In this document: in pieces, positions 52,401-64,000 of the stretch
Layout of the letters: each line of letters begins with the position of its first letter
How positions within the stretch are numbered: the stretch's first letter is position 1
Assembly (NCBI GenBank): GCA_002633005.1
Contig: NMRA01000044.1
Coordinates: 338,594-402,593 of the forward strand
Length of the DNA stretch: 64,000 nucleotides
DNA from: Phoronis australis
Lineage: Eukaryota > Animalia > Phoronida
Reading direction: 5' to 3'
Program-made: the position numbers and the translations under genes
Notes under the pieces: generated by a model
Told to the model about the DNA's origin: nothing
Databases searched by the model: none
Seen by the model: only the letters and a program-made list of their open reading frames with translations

Positions 52401-54756
52401 AATGCTTCTATAGTATTTAAGTAACTTAAAAGAAATTGGTACCCCCATTAGATTTTTAATTGGCAGGACAGTTGGTGAGTGTAGATCAATGCTTAGCTCA
52501 AGTTTCTGTCTTATTGCATCTCCAGGATAGACAGTCAGTTCACAGTCAAAGTGACCGACGGCGCTCTCTCCAGGGACTTATTCCCTAACGACTACCACTG
52601 TCTGGGTGACAATGAGAACCGACCAGTCAAGTGGCTGGCATTAGAGGCTCTGCTGGACAGAAGATTCTCTCCTGCCAGTGATGTGGTGAGTTGGAATCTG
52701 GGATCATGTCAGGGGCCTGTGAAATCGTAGTAAAGGAAGCCTGTATATGTGTTCAGAGGCCCAAACATAGGCAACTTCAAACTAAGATAAAACAAGTTTG
52801 AGATGGTCACATTAGCTGTTCAAGCACAGTGACAGTCTCACCTTTAACCACTTGTTTCTTCTCCAAATTTTATTCACAACAACTTAACTCTTGATCCACT
52901 TGTCACATTTTGGTCAACAGATCTGTTTCCTTTGAATCTGCTTCAGAATAGTCTTGACTGCAGTTCAAACTTGCATGCTTATGTTGTCATTAATCTGATG
53001 GAACTGTGATTGTTTAGTTAAACTGGCAATAAACCTGCCATGCTGTCTGTCAGTCCATAACCATGCAAAGCAAAATCTGAAATCTGAAATCTAGGGTTGA
53101 CTCATCTGTGCAATTATCATACTGGCAACGCTCATAGACAGGCTAGATGTTATCAATACTGCTGTTTGCAATCTATGGTGTGTTTGTCTGGATTTGTTCA
53201 CACAAATCACACACTAATATTCCTCAATAGATCCTAACCACCTAACTATTGACACTGACTGTGTGGTAGGCCTCTCATGGAGGTTCGTTGACAATGCAGT
53301 GGCAGAGGGCAGCTTTGCCAGTTAGCCTGTGAATTAAAGTTAAGTCTCTGTCTGCCTTTATGTGTGTACTTCTTCAATTTATTTTGTCCCATGTTACTTA
53401 AAGTTACATTAAACCAGTGCATTCTATTAAAAACCAAGGGATTTAGACCATATACCATTCTGAAATTGGTCTCAAATTTTGAAGGTGATTTCAGGACTTT
53501 GAAAGAATTTTCAGTTTGTTATTTCATGAGATCAAGCTGGCTTCTCGTGGCGCGACATTTTATATGCCGGCATGGTCTCAAGGAACTTTGAACTGTCAGT
53601 TCTTTGCAAACACCAAAATCACTTCTGATCTTAATAAAGAACTAGTTGGTGGTCAAAATCAAAAGTTTCCTTCTTGGGAGCAACGCTGATTTAGCTCCTC
53701 TGTTTACTAAATATTACTCTTATTGGAGTATTGCTTAGTCTTTTCGCAAACATTTCTCTCAACCTCTTTGTCATTTCAGTGGTCATTTGGCGTGTTGCTA
53801 TGGGAACTGATGACACTAGGCAGCCAGCCCTACGCCGACATCGACCCGTTTGAGATCCAGGCTTACCTGCGCGAAGGCTATAGGATTATGCAACCACAGA
53901 ACTGTCCAGATGAACTGTGAGTAACTTTATATTTTTGGCTTGTCTTTCAAGCAATGATTTACATTAAGTTAAAATATTTGCTGGAAACTTTTTCATATTA
54001 AGGTCCACATTTTGCCTAAATACCTACCTTTAACCTTTTCTCTTTTGAAAACTCATGCTTCTATTGCACTTGGCTTCACACATGTTGGAGTCTCTCAATT
54101 TAAAGCCTTGGGCAATGACCTGGGCAGATAAGGTATGCACCTAATGTGTTCCCACTGAAAATGTGCAAGAAATTTGATTTGTGTTAGACCCAATCAGAAG
54201 TTCACAAGATTAGTTTTTTATTCAAAATATGCAAGAATGACAACGGATCAGAGAAAGTTGCAAACACACCAAAGAACGCTATCCACATTTATTTTTGTGT
54301 ACATGCAGCTGTCTGTCAAATCACCACTGTGCTTTAGGTTGAAACTGCATTTCCTCAGTATTCAAGCAAGAAATGCTTACAGGATCAGTCTCATATTCCT
54401 TATCGCAATAAGATGTAATTTCTGTTACCAAGTAGGAATGCCACATCGAAACCATCAGTGACTCAAGAAAGCACTCCAGAGTTTACTAGGGTTGTCCAAT
54501 TCTAAAATTGCCATTCAGAAATTGCACATGGCTGCATTACCTGTGACTTAAGTTGCCGACTCAGATAAGTGCACTCATGCAACATTGTGATTTTGCATTT
54601 GGTCATGTGACCTTAACCTGACCTGAACATGTTTTCCACCTTAGGTTTGCTGTGATGGCATGTTGTTGGGCGCTGTCTCCGGAGGAACGGCCAAAGTTCT
54701 CCCAGTTACTTGTCTGTTTACAAGACTTCTACACAGCACTTGGACGATATGTGTGA
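22456..54756 (+). CDS. RYK: Receptor-like tyrosine (pseudo)kinase RYK/Derailed: signal peptide, WIF domain, TM, kinase-like domain; 14 exons, ~596 aa
   Basis: Exons 22456-22567 (MLFPGYQCTLFVFVAVIGYSRGNMNLYMGAQDTFRLLG), 40016-40155 (ELFYVRNGIINRYAL), 43482-43581, 44948-45082 (KRKKIC), 45441-45545, 46539-46710 or its duplicate 47847-48018 (TM), 48313-48395 (FLRVDKPNNA), 48834-48962, 50736-50828 (GTFGRIY..VFIKTV), 51111-51313, 52126-52235 (HRDVAARN), 52526-52685 (TDGALSRDLFPNDYHCLGDNENRPVKW), 53780-53916, 54645-54756 (..GRYV*); sum 1791 nt with consistent phases. Confidence 0.95.
33116..36799. repeat. ~1.7-kb duplication across an assembly gap (33116-34833 vs 35090-36799); probable haplotype duplication
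   Basis: Near-identical copies on either side of the N run 34834-35089. Confidence 0.9.
38606..38752 (+). mobile_element. tRNA-derived SINE (degenerate)
   Basis: A-box-like TGGTGTAGTG, B-box GGTTCAAGTCC, followed by non-tRNA body (CCCTTGAGTCAGG, CORE-like); no intact cloverleaf. Confidence 0.55.
39484..39585. repeat. 15-bp minisatellite with self-complementary units (CATGACAGTTGTCAC)
   Basis: ~6-7 degenerate tandem units, each containing TGACAGTTGTCA. Confidence 0.85.
44804..44868. repeat. Short palindromic dispersed repeat (TTTTGAGAACCAGTTTTCTCCA family)
   Basis: TCCTGCATTTT...AAAATGCAGGA; related copies at ~3342-3405, ~41276-41338, ~57286-57348, ~61914-62060. Confidence 0.6.
45794..48060 (+). 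repeat. ~0.96-kb duplication containing the RYK transmembrane exon (45794-46752 vs 47103-48060)
   Basis: Copies at offset ~1308; first copy ends at a single N (46753). Confidence 0.9.
49042..49350 (+). mobile_element. Penelope-like retroelement 3' fragment (end of GIY-YIG endonuclease + tail)
   Basis: Translates to WFERGVNEAISSKALNPPLDRNGGGRSAFSTAWNTIV, resembling the PLE endonuclease C-terminus (WFERGVKEAI..P.LNR.GG); downstream GTCCAGTTG...CCTGGATG motifs resemble PLE tails. Confidence 0.65.
49423..49846. mobile_element. MITE-like dispersed repeat (related to 62803-63204)
   Basis: Colinear similarity with 62803-63204, ending GACCCTGGGTCCTG. Confidence 0.5.
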
Positions 54757-56954
54757 GACAGTAAAAGTCATGTCTAAATCAGCTATGGGTAAAAATTGTT
54801 CAGTTTGGAACAGTGAAAATTAACTATTTTGGTCAAAGTCAGAGCTTGTTCCAAATTTTAGAAATAAGCACTGGTGGTGGTCACAAATTCATGAAAGTGT
54901 TGCGTCTGTGCCTATTTTTGCCGATTTTATCGCCCATGTCGCAATCTTCATAATCAAGAAAATTCAATTTCAACTTGAATTTCGCTGTCCCAAATTTTAG
55001 AGACTGTCTCGAACTGGAGAATTTGAACTATGTTGGGTAATATTATACGAGAGAGAGTGAGGGGTTTTACAAAGTTATCACTCTGTACTCGGTGAAAAAG
55101 AAGCAAAAATATTAGCTGTTAGTAAAAGCATGTTTCCTCAGTAAGATTAACTCACTTCCAATCTCGTCATTTTATAAGTGAGAATTCCAATTTAACTTTT
55201 CTCTCACGAAAGTGTTTTTTATTCAGTAACTTGTGATCTTGGTAAATTTTGTAGTTGTGGTTGTTTGTTCAAAATGTTTCTACAGCTTTACTGAAAGTGA
55301 TCGATTGTATTGTTCTGTGCCAAAACTGCTATGAATAGTTGAGAAGTTAAATTCTTAATTCGTACAATGGCTGCCTTGATGATCTGAATGATGTAACTTA
55401 CATGCGAGGCCAGAAAACTGGTGAATCAGAATGCAAAGTTCATCAAATGAACTCAAAATTTATTTCAGGCCTTTTTCGGCTTAATATTGTTAATGAGATA
55501 AACAGTAGACTTTTAGCATGTTATTTATTCATAATTTAATTATTTTTCATTTGGTATTCAGTATGTAAAAAGTGATCCCACTTTCGCTGAAGTACAGTAG
55601 TTTTCAACTATTAGTTGAATTTTAACCATTTATATATAGATGATTTCACCTCCAAATAAATAACACTTTGACCATTAATTTATGGTTTGCTTTGAATTAA
55701 TGGTTGGAGTCTTTGGTAGCAGTTAACAGTTGGCCCTAGAACTAACGATTGGATCTTCACCAAACTGTTAGACGTTCAACTAATTGTTGGACCTTCAACT
55801 AACAGTTGAAGTTTCGAGACCCAGTTGTCGCCGCACATCTAAAAGTGGAATCATGTTTTACGTAATGAATGTCAAACAAAAAATAATTGCCATTATTGAA
55901 AATAAAAACACATTTTAGTTTCCAGCTTAGAGTTATGATAAAACTGGAGTAGCCAATGGTTATGGTAATTCTCCTATGAATTTTGTATTCTACACGATCA
56001 TGGGGATCATGACCTCGTTGCTAAGCATTGCTATGATAATGAGGTCATCTAGAATCATGTGGAACTTTAACTAATTTGTTCGTTTGTGTTGAAGAGTGCA
56101 TGATGTGTAGCTCAAAATGTGAATTATGTTTACCCTGTACATATTTATAAATGATTATATTATTTTTATAGTGATATAAGGCTGTTTTAATTGTGGTTCT
56201 ATGTAATGTTTAGGACACTTTCATGCTAGAAAAATAAGTTCTCAGTTTTTTTAAGAACTGTCATTTTTTATGAAAGTAAAGTACAAAAATACACTACATT
56301 GATTTATATTTTTAAGTGACAAAAGATTTTAAGTTTGAAAATCGGACATGCCCCATCAATTTTCATTAGGCAGTGCGAAATTAAGTAATTTTTACTTTAA
56401 CTTTTAAATGATGAGTCATTCATGTCGTCAGTTTCCTAGATCAAAGGATACAGTAATTGTTCGCTTACTTAGCACACAACGTAGCCAACAAGTACAATTC
56501 CATTTTGTCAAATTTCTTCATAAAAATAAAAATCAAGAAAATTTTAGTCCATTAGTAGCACAATTTGTACCGATGTCTAGAAAAAGAACTTTTTGGTAAT
56601 TTCCCATTATTTGCAGTAATGACATTATAAAGTTAGGCTAATTTGTACATTTTGCACAAGTCCTGCATGTTAACCTTGAAACTGGACAGGGGAGACAATG
56701 CAGTCTGGGAAACTGATGTTGTGAGATGCACATTGGTAGTTAACAATACAGCTTTAATTTGTTTCAGAGTTTTATTTGTTGGATACTTAGATTTCTAGTC
56801 AAGTTTTATAGTGAATGGATTTGTGCTATGTGAATTTTTAATTAAACTTGGAACAAAATTATTCTTGGTGTAATTTATTTTTTATTACAGGTCACCATCT
56901 TATTGCATAAAGGGCAATGACAGAATTGTAAAATGTTGTTCAAAAGCATAAAAT

Positions 56955-57141
56955 CATGCGCGCACCCAGCCTTTAATATGGGGGGCTCGAATCTCTGACA
57001 AAGTGGACCTTTGCTAACAAAAAAGCAGGAGGACTAAAAAAACTGCGTCGGCGCCTATTTAGTAGACTTTTGTCTCTTTTTCTTGGACTTCTTGGGGCTC
57101 ATTCGAGCCCCCTCCTCGAGCCCCCCATGGGTGCACGCATG
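56955..57141. mobile_element. MITE-like element with 14-bp TIRs
   Basis: CATGCGCGCACCCA ... TGGGTGCACGCATG with subterminal GGGGGCTCGA/TCGAGCCCCC inverted motifs. Confidence 0.6.
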
Positions 57142-57735
57142 AAAATTACCACATTTCCTGAAATTCATTCAAAATGCAAAAGTTCGTAAACCATAGCAAA
57201 ATTTACTCTTTACTTGGTCATAGAACATACAATCAACATTAATAGACTCCTACCAATTGAGCATTAAGTTGTTAACATTAACGTTCCTGCATTTTGAGAA
57301 CCAGTTTTCTCCACTCACTAACAGGCATGAGCCAAGTTCTCCAAATATGGGCAAGTTATATCCGACTGTTGCCTTCTAAGTTTGCATAGTGTTAAAGTAT
57401 GTAAAAAAATAAAACAAAATTGTAAAGGAATACCTCACGTGACCTATGATGGCTAAATTTTATACGAATTGTTCAGCAGCATAATTGCAGCATTACAGAT
57501 TATGAATAATTGTAATAACACTTAAACAACACTAAGAGAGGCAATCAACAGGCAAAACTTCAATTGCATATTTGTTGCTAGGGATGTGGTACATAGTCTC
57601 CAGAACCTAACATCCAATCTCAAACTTAGTTTCAATATTTTCTTTTTACAACTAATTTTGAACTCAAAGGTTGAAGTAACAGAACACTAATCATGCCACG
57701 CTGAAATTGTAGACTCGCAATCAAGATAGTAGCAT

Positions 57736-57939
57736 TGACTATTCCTACTCAAGATGTACAATACAGGGCACATGGTGTTATCGCAGTGACTATTCCTACT
57801 CAAGATGTACAATACAGGGCACATGGTGTTATCGCAGTGACTATTCCTACTCAAGATGTACAATACAGGTCACATGGTGTTATCGCAGTGACTATTCCTA
57901 CTCAAGATGTACAATACCGGTCACATGGTGTTATCCAGT
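57736..57939. repeat. 51-bp tandem repeat x4
   Basis: Unit TGACTATTCCTACTCAAGATGTACAATACAGGGCACATGGTGTTATCGCAG. Confidence 0.95.
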
Positions 57940-58329
57940 GTAAATAGGAACACCGTGTTACTAGTTTGAATTGAGCCCGTCATCACTGAAGAAGGGGGGG
58001 TTTAAAAGGATGACACCGAGAGTGGGTTCGACTTCCGGAGATATCCTTACGTGACATATTAAAGTTACATGCAATGCCGTCTTTGCTTTTGCTCAAGTTT
58101 TGGAGTGGAACCATTTGTTTTGGTTCTTTTATATGGTGGGTTAGCATATCTGAGGTTTATATCCTGATGGGTGGTGGCAGAGTGAGTGAGAGGTTAAAAA
58201 TGACATATTTTGGATGACCTAATATGTAAACGCTAAACACTCCCTAAACAATGCCAACGATATCTGAAACACAGGATTTATGACTTGTCAGCTATTTGTG
58301 ACCACAACAAATGCAAACCTATATTTTTC

Positions 58330-61300
58330 TCAAAATTTGAAATAATTATGAAAACCAATTTCCTTCATACATTTGATCATGTCCTCATCAAACGATTTAG
58401 TTCCACAGATGACCACTAGGGTCGTACAGCTGTCCAATGGTTTCAAAAGTCTTGTCAGCTTGTCACAACCAAGTCGGCCATATTGAATTTGGTCACCATA
58501 TTGCACTTGACTCTCACCTTCAACTTCCTGGAAAAGCACAGAATTAAGTTTTCAGAAAAAAATGCCTTTGTTTTTTGTTTACACAATCGAAATTCTAATC
58601 TTAACAATGCTTCAAGCGACCATGAACCTGCTTTTCATCACAAAAAGCAACTCTCGATTTAGCTCACAGTTTTGAAATCAGTCTCAATTAATTGTTCTAG
58701 CGAAAAAAATAGAGGTGATATCAGAGGTTCAAAAGAACTAGCAATTAGTTGTTGCTTGTAATGAGGCTCATCCTTTTTTGCTCAGAACATTACCTCAAGG
58801 AATAACAAGCAGTTAGTTGTTAGCAAACACAGAAATCATTCTAACACCTTGAGACCAATTTTGTAGTGCTAAGTTGTCTAAATTAAAAGTTTGATTTCGG
58901 ATGAAACGTAGGTTTATAATCACTCAAACGCTTTAACGTCAATGGACAACAGAATACAAGTCAAACACCCCAAAATGTGAAAAACCATAAAAACATTAAA
59001 CTGTTCAACAATTTCCGAAAGTGGGATTTTTTCGCAAAGCTAAGCCTTGACATTACACTATAAAAACATATGATCCCAATTTCAAAGTTCAGTGAGTTGG
59101 TACCTGAGATAAATGATATTGGACGGTGAAATTCCAAGAACTGGTCCAGGCCCGCAGCAGGGGCTTGCACAGTATATCTGAGTACTTTCTGCAGCAGTAG
59201 TGCAGATAGACAAAAGTTTCGTCATCTTCATTCTCCACAATGTGTCTTATAATCTGCACCATAGGGGCGATACCAGTTCCTGCACAGAGCAAAACCACAT
59301 GCCGGTACTAAAAAGAAACATAATCTGTTTACAAAGTGCAAGTAACAGATCAACTGAAGTGAGGCAATTGATCCACATTGATTTCGGAAATAAACACATT
59401 ATAATGAACAAAGACAAGAGGCAATTATCGGAATGTATCTGTCAATGTCATCGTTTTGCACAGCTGAAAACTCAAACTAGGTTTAGAATACCACATGGTG
59501 ATTTCCAGTTACAGACATAGTAGCACTCAATGCAATTGTACCTGTAACTGCTGAAAAATTCGCCGCCTTGATACTATTTAGCATAAGAATTTTGGTAACG
59601 CTTCAACCGAGTATTTTGCCAAACGAAATTCTCCAGTTTCTTCTTACCGAATTTGGAGAATAATTAAAGTCTCCAAAAGGTCCTCGCCAGGGCACGGTGT
59701 CACCAACTTTCCATTCTTTCACAAACTTTGACATAATACCGTCCGAGTAAATCTGCAAAATGGAGGTTTAGCCCGGTTCATTGTAACTTGCACATAACAC
59801 CATGTCTTTTAATAGGCATGCTGAACAACACAACAACAAAAAACTTTGATATGCATGCTGAATAACACACCAAAATAAAATACTCCAATAAATCTGCATT
59901 TCACCCCTGTTTAGCTATCAATGTTGAATTCTTAACCTAAGCGCATTGGGTTTAAAACATAACCATGCTCATCTGATCTTGAATTATTGCCGACTACGTG
60001 AAAGTGCCATTTTTGTAAACACAATTTTATGAAGCAACGATGGTTTAGATGTCATAGTTGGTAACACAAATAGAATGCTATCACGTTGAGTAACAACATG
60101 AGAACAATTTTACAAGAGTAAATGGCATAATTCGATTTACATTTTTCAGCTAGCTAAGCATGGCAAAATGCTGTTTTCTACAGTAACACACAACCAGAAA
60201 TCAGTTTTGGATTATGTCTAGGTTTTGTTTCACATCTTTGCACCTTCCCACAACTAAGGCCGAGCTCAGAGGATTAAGAAACAGTTTTGTGCAACGCATG
60301 GTGGTCTGCCAGTGTCGTCAGTATTTGAACCCAAATCTCTCCAATGGGAGACTGCAGCTCAAACCACTGGGCAACACGGTCTCTTCAAAAATCAAGAATT
60401 GTTTTGCTCAATGATGTGCAGTCCGACACCAAGTCAGTGAAAATTTAAAAACGAGACAAACCAACTTAAATTACAAAAAAAATCTTTTGAACAGTCTTCA
60501 AGTTTTAGTATGTTGATTGTACAGAGAAAAGGTAGAATCTCGCCACTTTCAGACAAAAACAATTGCCAAAATGGTCATTTTCAATTTCCCACAATTTTTT
60601 AGAAATATTATCTAATGGCTGCTATGGAACAAAACTCGAAAATGATAAAGCACTAATTTGAGGTAATTAATGCATTCTAAAAAGGAGGGAAAATAAAGTT
60701 TCACTTTTCTGTATTACGTATTGTTTATGGTATTGTGCTTAAAGGTGAAGGCAACCTTTTTCCATGTCATTTTGAGCTAAAATAAGGTTGGTTGGTTATC
60801 CTAGACATATTTTCCACTTAATTACAGCTTTTCGTAATTTTATTAATTACTCGTCCGCTACTGCGGAAGTGACGTTTTAGGAGGCAAGCNNNNNNNNNNN
60901 NNNNNNNNNNNNNNNNNNNNNNNNNNNNNNNNNNNNNNNNNNNNNNNNNNNNNNNNNNNNNNNNNNNNNNNNNNNNNNNNNNNNNNNNNNNNNNNNNNNN
61001 NNNNNNNNNNNNNNNNNNNNNNNNNNNNNNNNNNNNNNNNNNNNNNNNNNNNNNNNNNNNNNNNNNNNNNNNNNNNNNNNNNNNNNNNNNNNNNNNNNNN
61101 NNNNNNNNNNNNNNNNNNNNNNNNNNNNNNNNNNNNNNNNNNNNNNNNNNNNNNNNNNNNNNNNNNNNNNNNNNNNNNNNNNNNNNNNNNNNNNNNNNNN
61201 NNNNNNNNNNNNNNNNNNNNNNNNNNNNNNNNNNNNNNNNNNNNNNNNNNNNNNNNNNNNNNNNNNNNNNNNNNNNNNNNNNNNNNNNNNNNNNNNNNNN

Positions 61301-63381
61301 NNNNNNNNNNNNNNNNNNNNNNNNNNNNNNNNNNNNNNNNNNNNNNNNNNNNNNNNNNNNNNNNNNNNNNNNNNNNNNNNNNNNNNNNNNNNNNNNNNNN
61401 NNNNNNNNNNNNNNNNNNNNNNNNNNNNNNNNNNNNNNNNNNNNNNNNNNNNNNNNNNNNNNNNNNNNNNNNNNNNNNNNNNNNNNNNNNNNNNNNNNNN
61501 NNNNNNNNNNNNNNNNNNNNNNNNNNNNNNNNNNNNNNNNNNNNNNNNNNNNNNNNNNNNNNNNNNNNNGTACATTCCGGTACGCAGCAACAGTGTGGCA
61601 TGTTGACTGACTAGTAAATGAAAGCAAACAACGACGGAACTTAACACAACCGAGGTAGAACAATGACTGACTCGGCATCTCTCACCGTCAGACTATATGA
61701 AAAGAAATTGGCGCGAAATGCTTGCCTCCTAAAACGTCACTTCCGCAGTAGCGGACGAGTAATTAATAAAATTACGAAAAGCTGTAATTAAGTGGAAAAT
61801 ATGTCTAGGATAACCAACCAACCTTATTTTAGCTCAAAATGACATGGAAAAAGGTTGCCTTCGCCTTTAAAAAAATCTCAACTTCGACAGAAATAGTCAC
61901 TTACCGGGGAGCACCATTTTGAGAACCAGTTTTCTCCACTGAATAATGGACATCACACCGTTTCTCAAAATCCCACCAAATACACCATAGCTTACAGGGT
62001 TGAAAGATTTAGAGAAGCAGTGTGATGCCCATTATTCAGAGGAGAAAACTGGTTCTCATACAACACTTAACAACCCAACATTCCAAAACTTGACTGAGAA
62101 TAGTGATCTTAACCAATGATTGTATAATTACAAGGGTCAAGCATTGGCCTCACCTTGATAACAACGTCAAAGAAACCCTTCAAATTGGGGGCACTGACAG
62201 GTGTATACTGGCGAGTGATTACCCGTCCATTAACTTCAGCTCTGAAAAGTAACATGTCTTTAAAGCATGCATTTAGACCATGTTTGCATTTAACTCGAAA
62301 TGTTGCGAGGAGCATTTGATGAAACCGTAGCAGTGAAAGCTTGAATGCGAAGAATTTTGTGAAAGTCTGTCAACTAAACATTTTCTTACCACTTCCCTAA
62401 CAATGTAAAAACTACATTCACTCATCCCTTGGATACTTGAACACAATTCTGTGATCTATCAAAGCACATTTGCTTCCTTGATTATTAGGCCATCCATCAA
62501 ATTTTCTTCATTTCAACTCACCCTACCCCAACACCACTAATATGGGTGGGGCATCGTGAAAATGATACAGAGAAAGGTAAAAATTCTTAAATTTGAGACA
62601 AAAATAATTCCTAAAATTTCAATTTTTCTAATTTTCATAAGCTTACTGCATCGTACACATGCTAAAAATTCCAACAAATGTTTGGTGATAGCAAAACTGT
62701 TCAAACTGGATAGTTATTTTTGCTGAAAAAATTTGACAATAAAATTTCAATCATTTGTCATATTGTGTCCCAAACCGAGACAAAGTGTACAATGAAAGCA
62801 TTCCAAGACCTGGTGCAGGGACCTTATACTTCGATTCTAAATTGGAATTATTTTTGGAATTTTCCATTCTACACTTGAGTGAACTCAAGATAAGTGTTTA
62901 TTATTCTATGCTTGAGTACATAATGACTTACGCGGATAATTTTTAGTCCTAGTTTGCAGAAGATAAACCCGACATTGAGGCTAAAAGTTCGAGTTTGAAC
63001 TCGAAATTTCGAGTTTTTACACGAATTTGTAGCACGAATATAAGGGTGCAAACTTGGACTAGAAACTCATATGCGTAAACTATAATGTATTTGAGCACCA
63101 TCTAATAACCACTTATCTCGAGTTCGCACAAAAGTAGCATAGAAATTGCCAAAAACAATTTCGATTTTTTTCGAGTACAAAGATTAGATTCTGACCCAGG
63201 TCCTGGCAGCTCCATCTACAAATGTGATATATTGTAAAAGCACTTACTTTAGGATAATGTGCTGGCCAATGTCCAACCCTATAATGCCATTGTCTGGAAC
63301 ATGGAATCGGTAGAGGAACGTATCATCCGTGACTTGAGTAACAGCTTCAATTCTAAATAGACGATAGTGCGTCTGTTGCAA
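58330..63381 (-). CDS. CYB5RL: NADH-cytochrome b5 reductase-like protein, 3' five exons (5' part not identified, probably beyond the window)
   Basis: Exons 63248-63381 (DTFLYRF..LDIGQHIIL), 62154-62241 (RQYTPVS FAD-binding motif..FDVVIK), 59648-59752 (YSDGIMS..WRGPFG), 59104-59307 (LCAGTGIAPMVQ), 58330-58527 (VICGTKSFDEDM..YFKF*). FNR-family motifs; assignment to CYB5RL rather than another cytochrome b5 reductase is from motif recall. Confidence 0.85.
60739..61870. mobile_element. Second copy of the Kolobok-type palindromic element (centre in assembly gap)
   Basis: TTAA|AGGTGAAGGCAACC...GGTTGCCTTCGCCT|TTAA; arms homologous to 9058-9363; MPHCCCVPEC on minus at 61601. Confidence 0.8.
62803..63204. 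mobile_element. MITE-like dispersed repeat (related copy ~49423-49846)
   Basis: Shared CTCGAAATTT.GAGTTTTT, GTGCAAACTTGGA and terminal GACCC.GGTCCTG motifs; ends CAAGACCTGG / CCAGGTCCTG are inverted. Confidence 0.55.
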
Positions 63382-64000
63382 CTGAAATAGTATCACATGT
63401 TTGAAATATTTCAATATTATCGTAGAAAAATCAAAGAAAAAATGGAACCAGTATTAACTTTAAACACCAACCAAGTATTGAAACCTCTCCACCAACAGGA
63501 CAAAATGAGAACAGTGATCCAGCATTCAAAATCTCAAGATGAGCATCATTTCATAACTGCTAAATTAAAAAATTGGACATACAACAAATGGTTCTGTGCT
63601 GAGCGTACTACTCTGCTGCAAATGCTCGAGATTTTGTCAAATGATGTTAAAAGGCGCCTGTATAGCACCAACACGGTTAAACTGGTCATTTCGGATATGT
63701 TGTGTCCATGATTAAAAACACAGTAATTTTACAGATTGATGTTACCATATAATTCATTGTTGCGTACTAGTGTTCAGTAGAAGAAAATGTAAAAGTATCA
63801 ATATAATTACAACTTAAAGATACCGCAAACTTGCGTTCTGTCAAAGAAACAGACTTTCGATTTAATCAGTCCTCTTATGAAACTGTTTAGACATAATTCC
63901 TTAANTTAGCAGTAATAAGGCTTAGCGCGACGACGTATTTTGATAGAAATTCCATCTTTTACCAGTTGTTTACATGCAGACAGCCACGCATGCGCAATTC

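Noticed and set aside
57735-57947. Repetitive ORF and possible CRISPR-like array
   Set aside because: Plain head-to-tail 51-bp tandem repeat with no unique spacers, no cas genes, eukaryotic context; the ORF exists only because the unit length is a multiple of 3.

Overview
AT-rich eukaryotic (invertebrate animal) genomic scaffold with assembly gaps. Four intron-containing genes were reconstructed by hand with GT-AG introns and consistent phases: iduronate-2-sulfatase IDS (+, 628-7605, 7 exons, ~590 aa), spliceosomal CWC15 (-, 11775-16882, 6 coding exons, ~221 aa), Wnt-receptor pseudokinase RYK (+, 22456-54756, 14 exons, ~596 aa) and the 3' five exons of CYB5RL (-, 58330-63381, 5' end not found). 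Four near-identical duplications abut N characters and are probably uncollapsed haplotypes. Non-coding DNA is rich in small mobile elements. The most notable is a 534-bp miniature LTR retroelement (TRIM) whose LTRs contain a tRNA-like Pol III promoter, with a tRNA-Ser PBS and a PPT. Also present: Kolobok-type palindromic MITEs with a THAP start in the TIRs, a MITE family with 6-bp TSDs, a Helitron-like end, a Penelope-like GIY-YIG tail and a tRNA-derived SINE. Most ORFs in the supplied track are non-coding noise.
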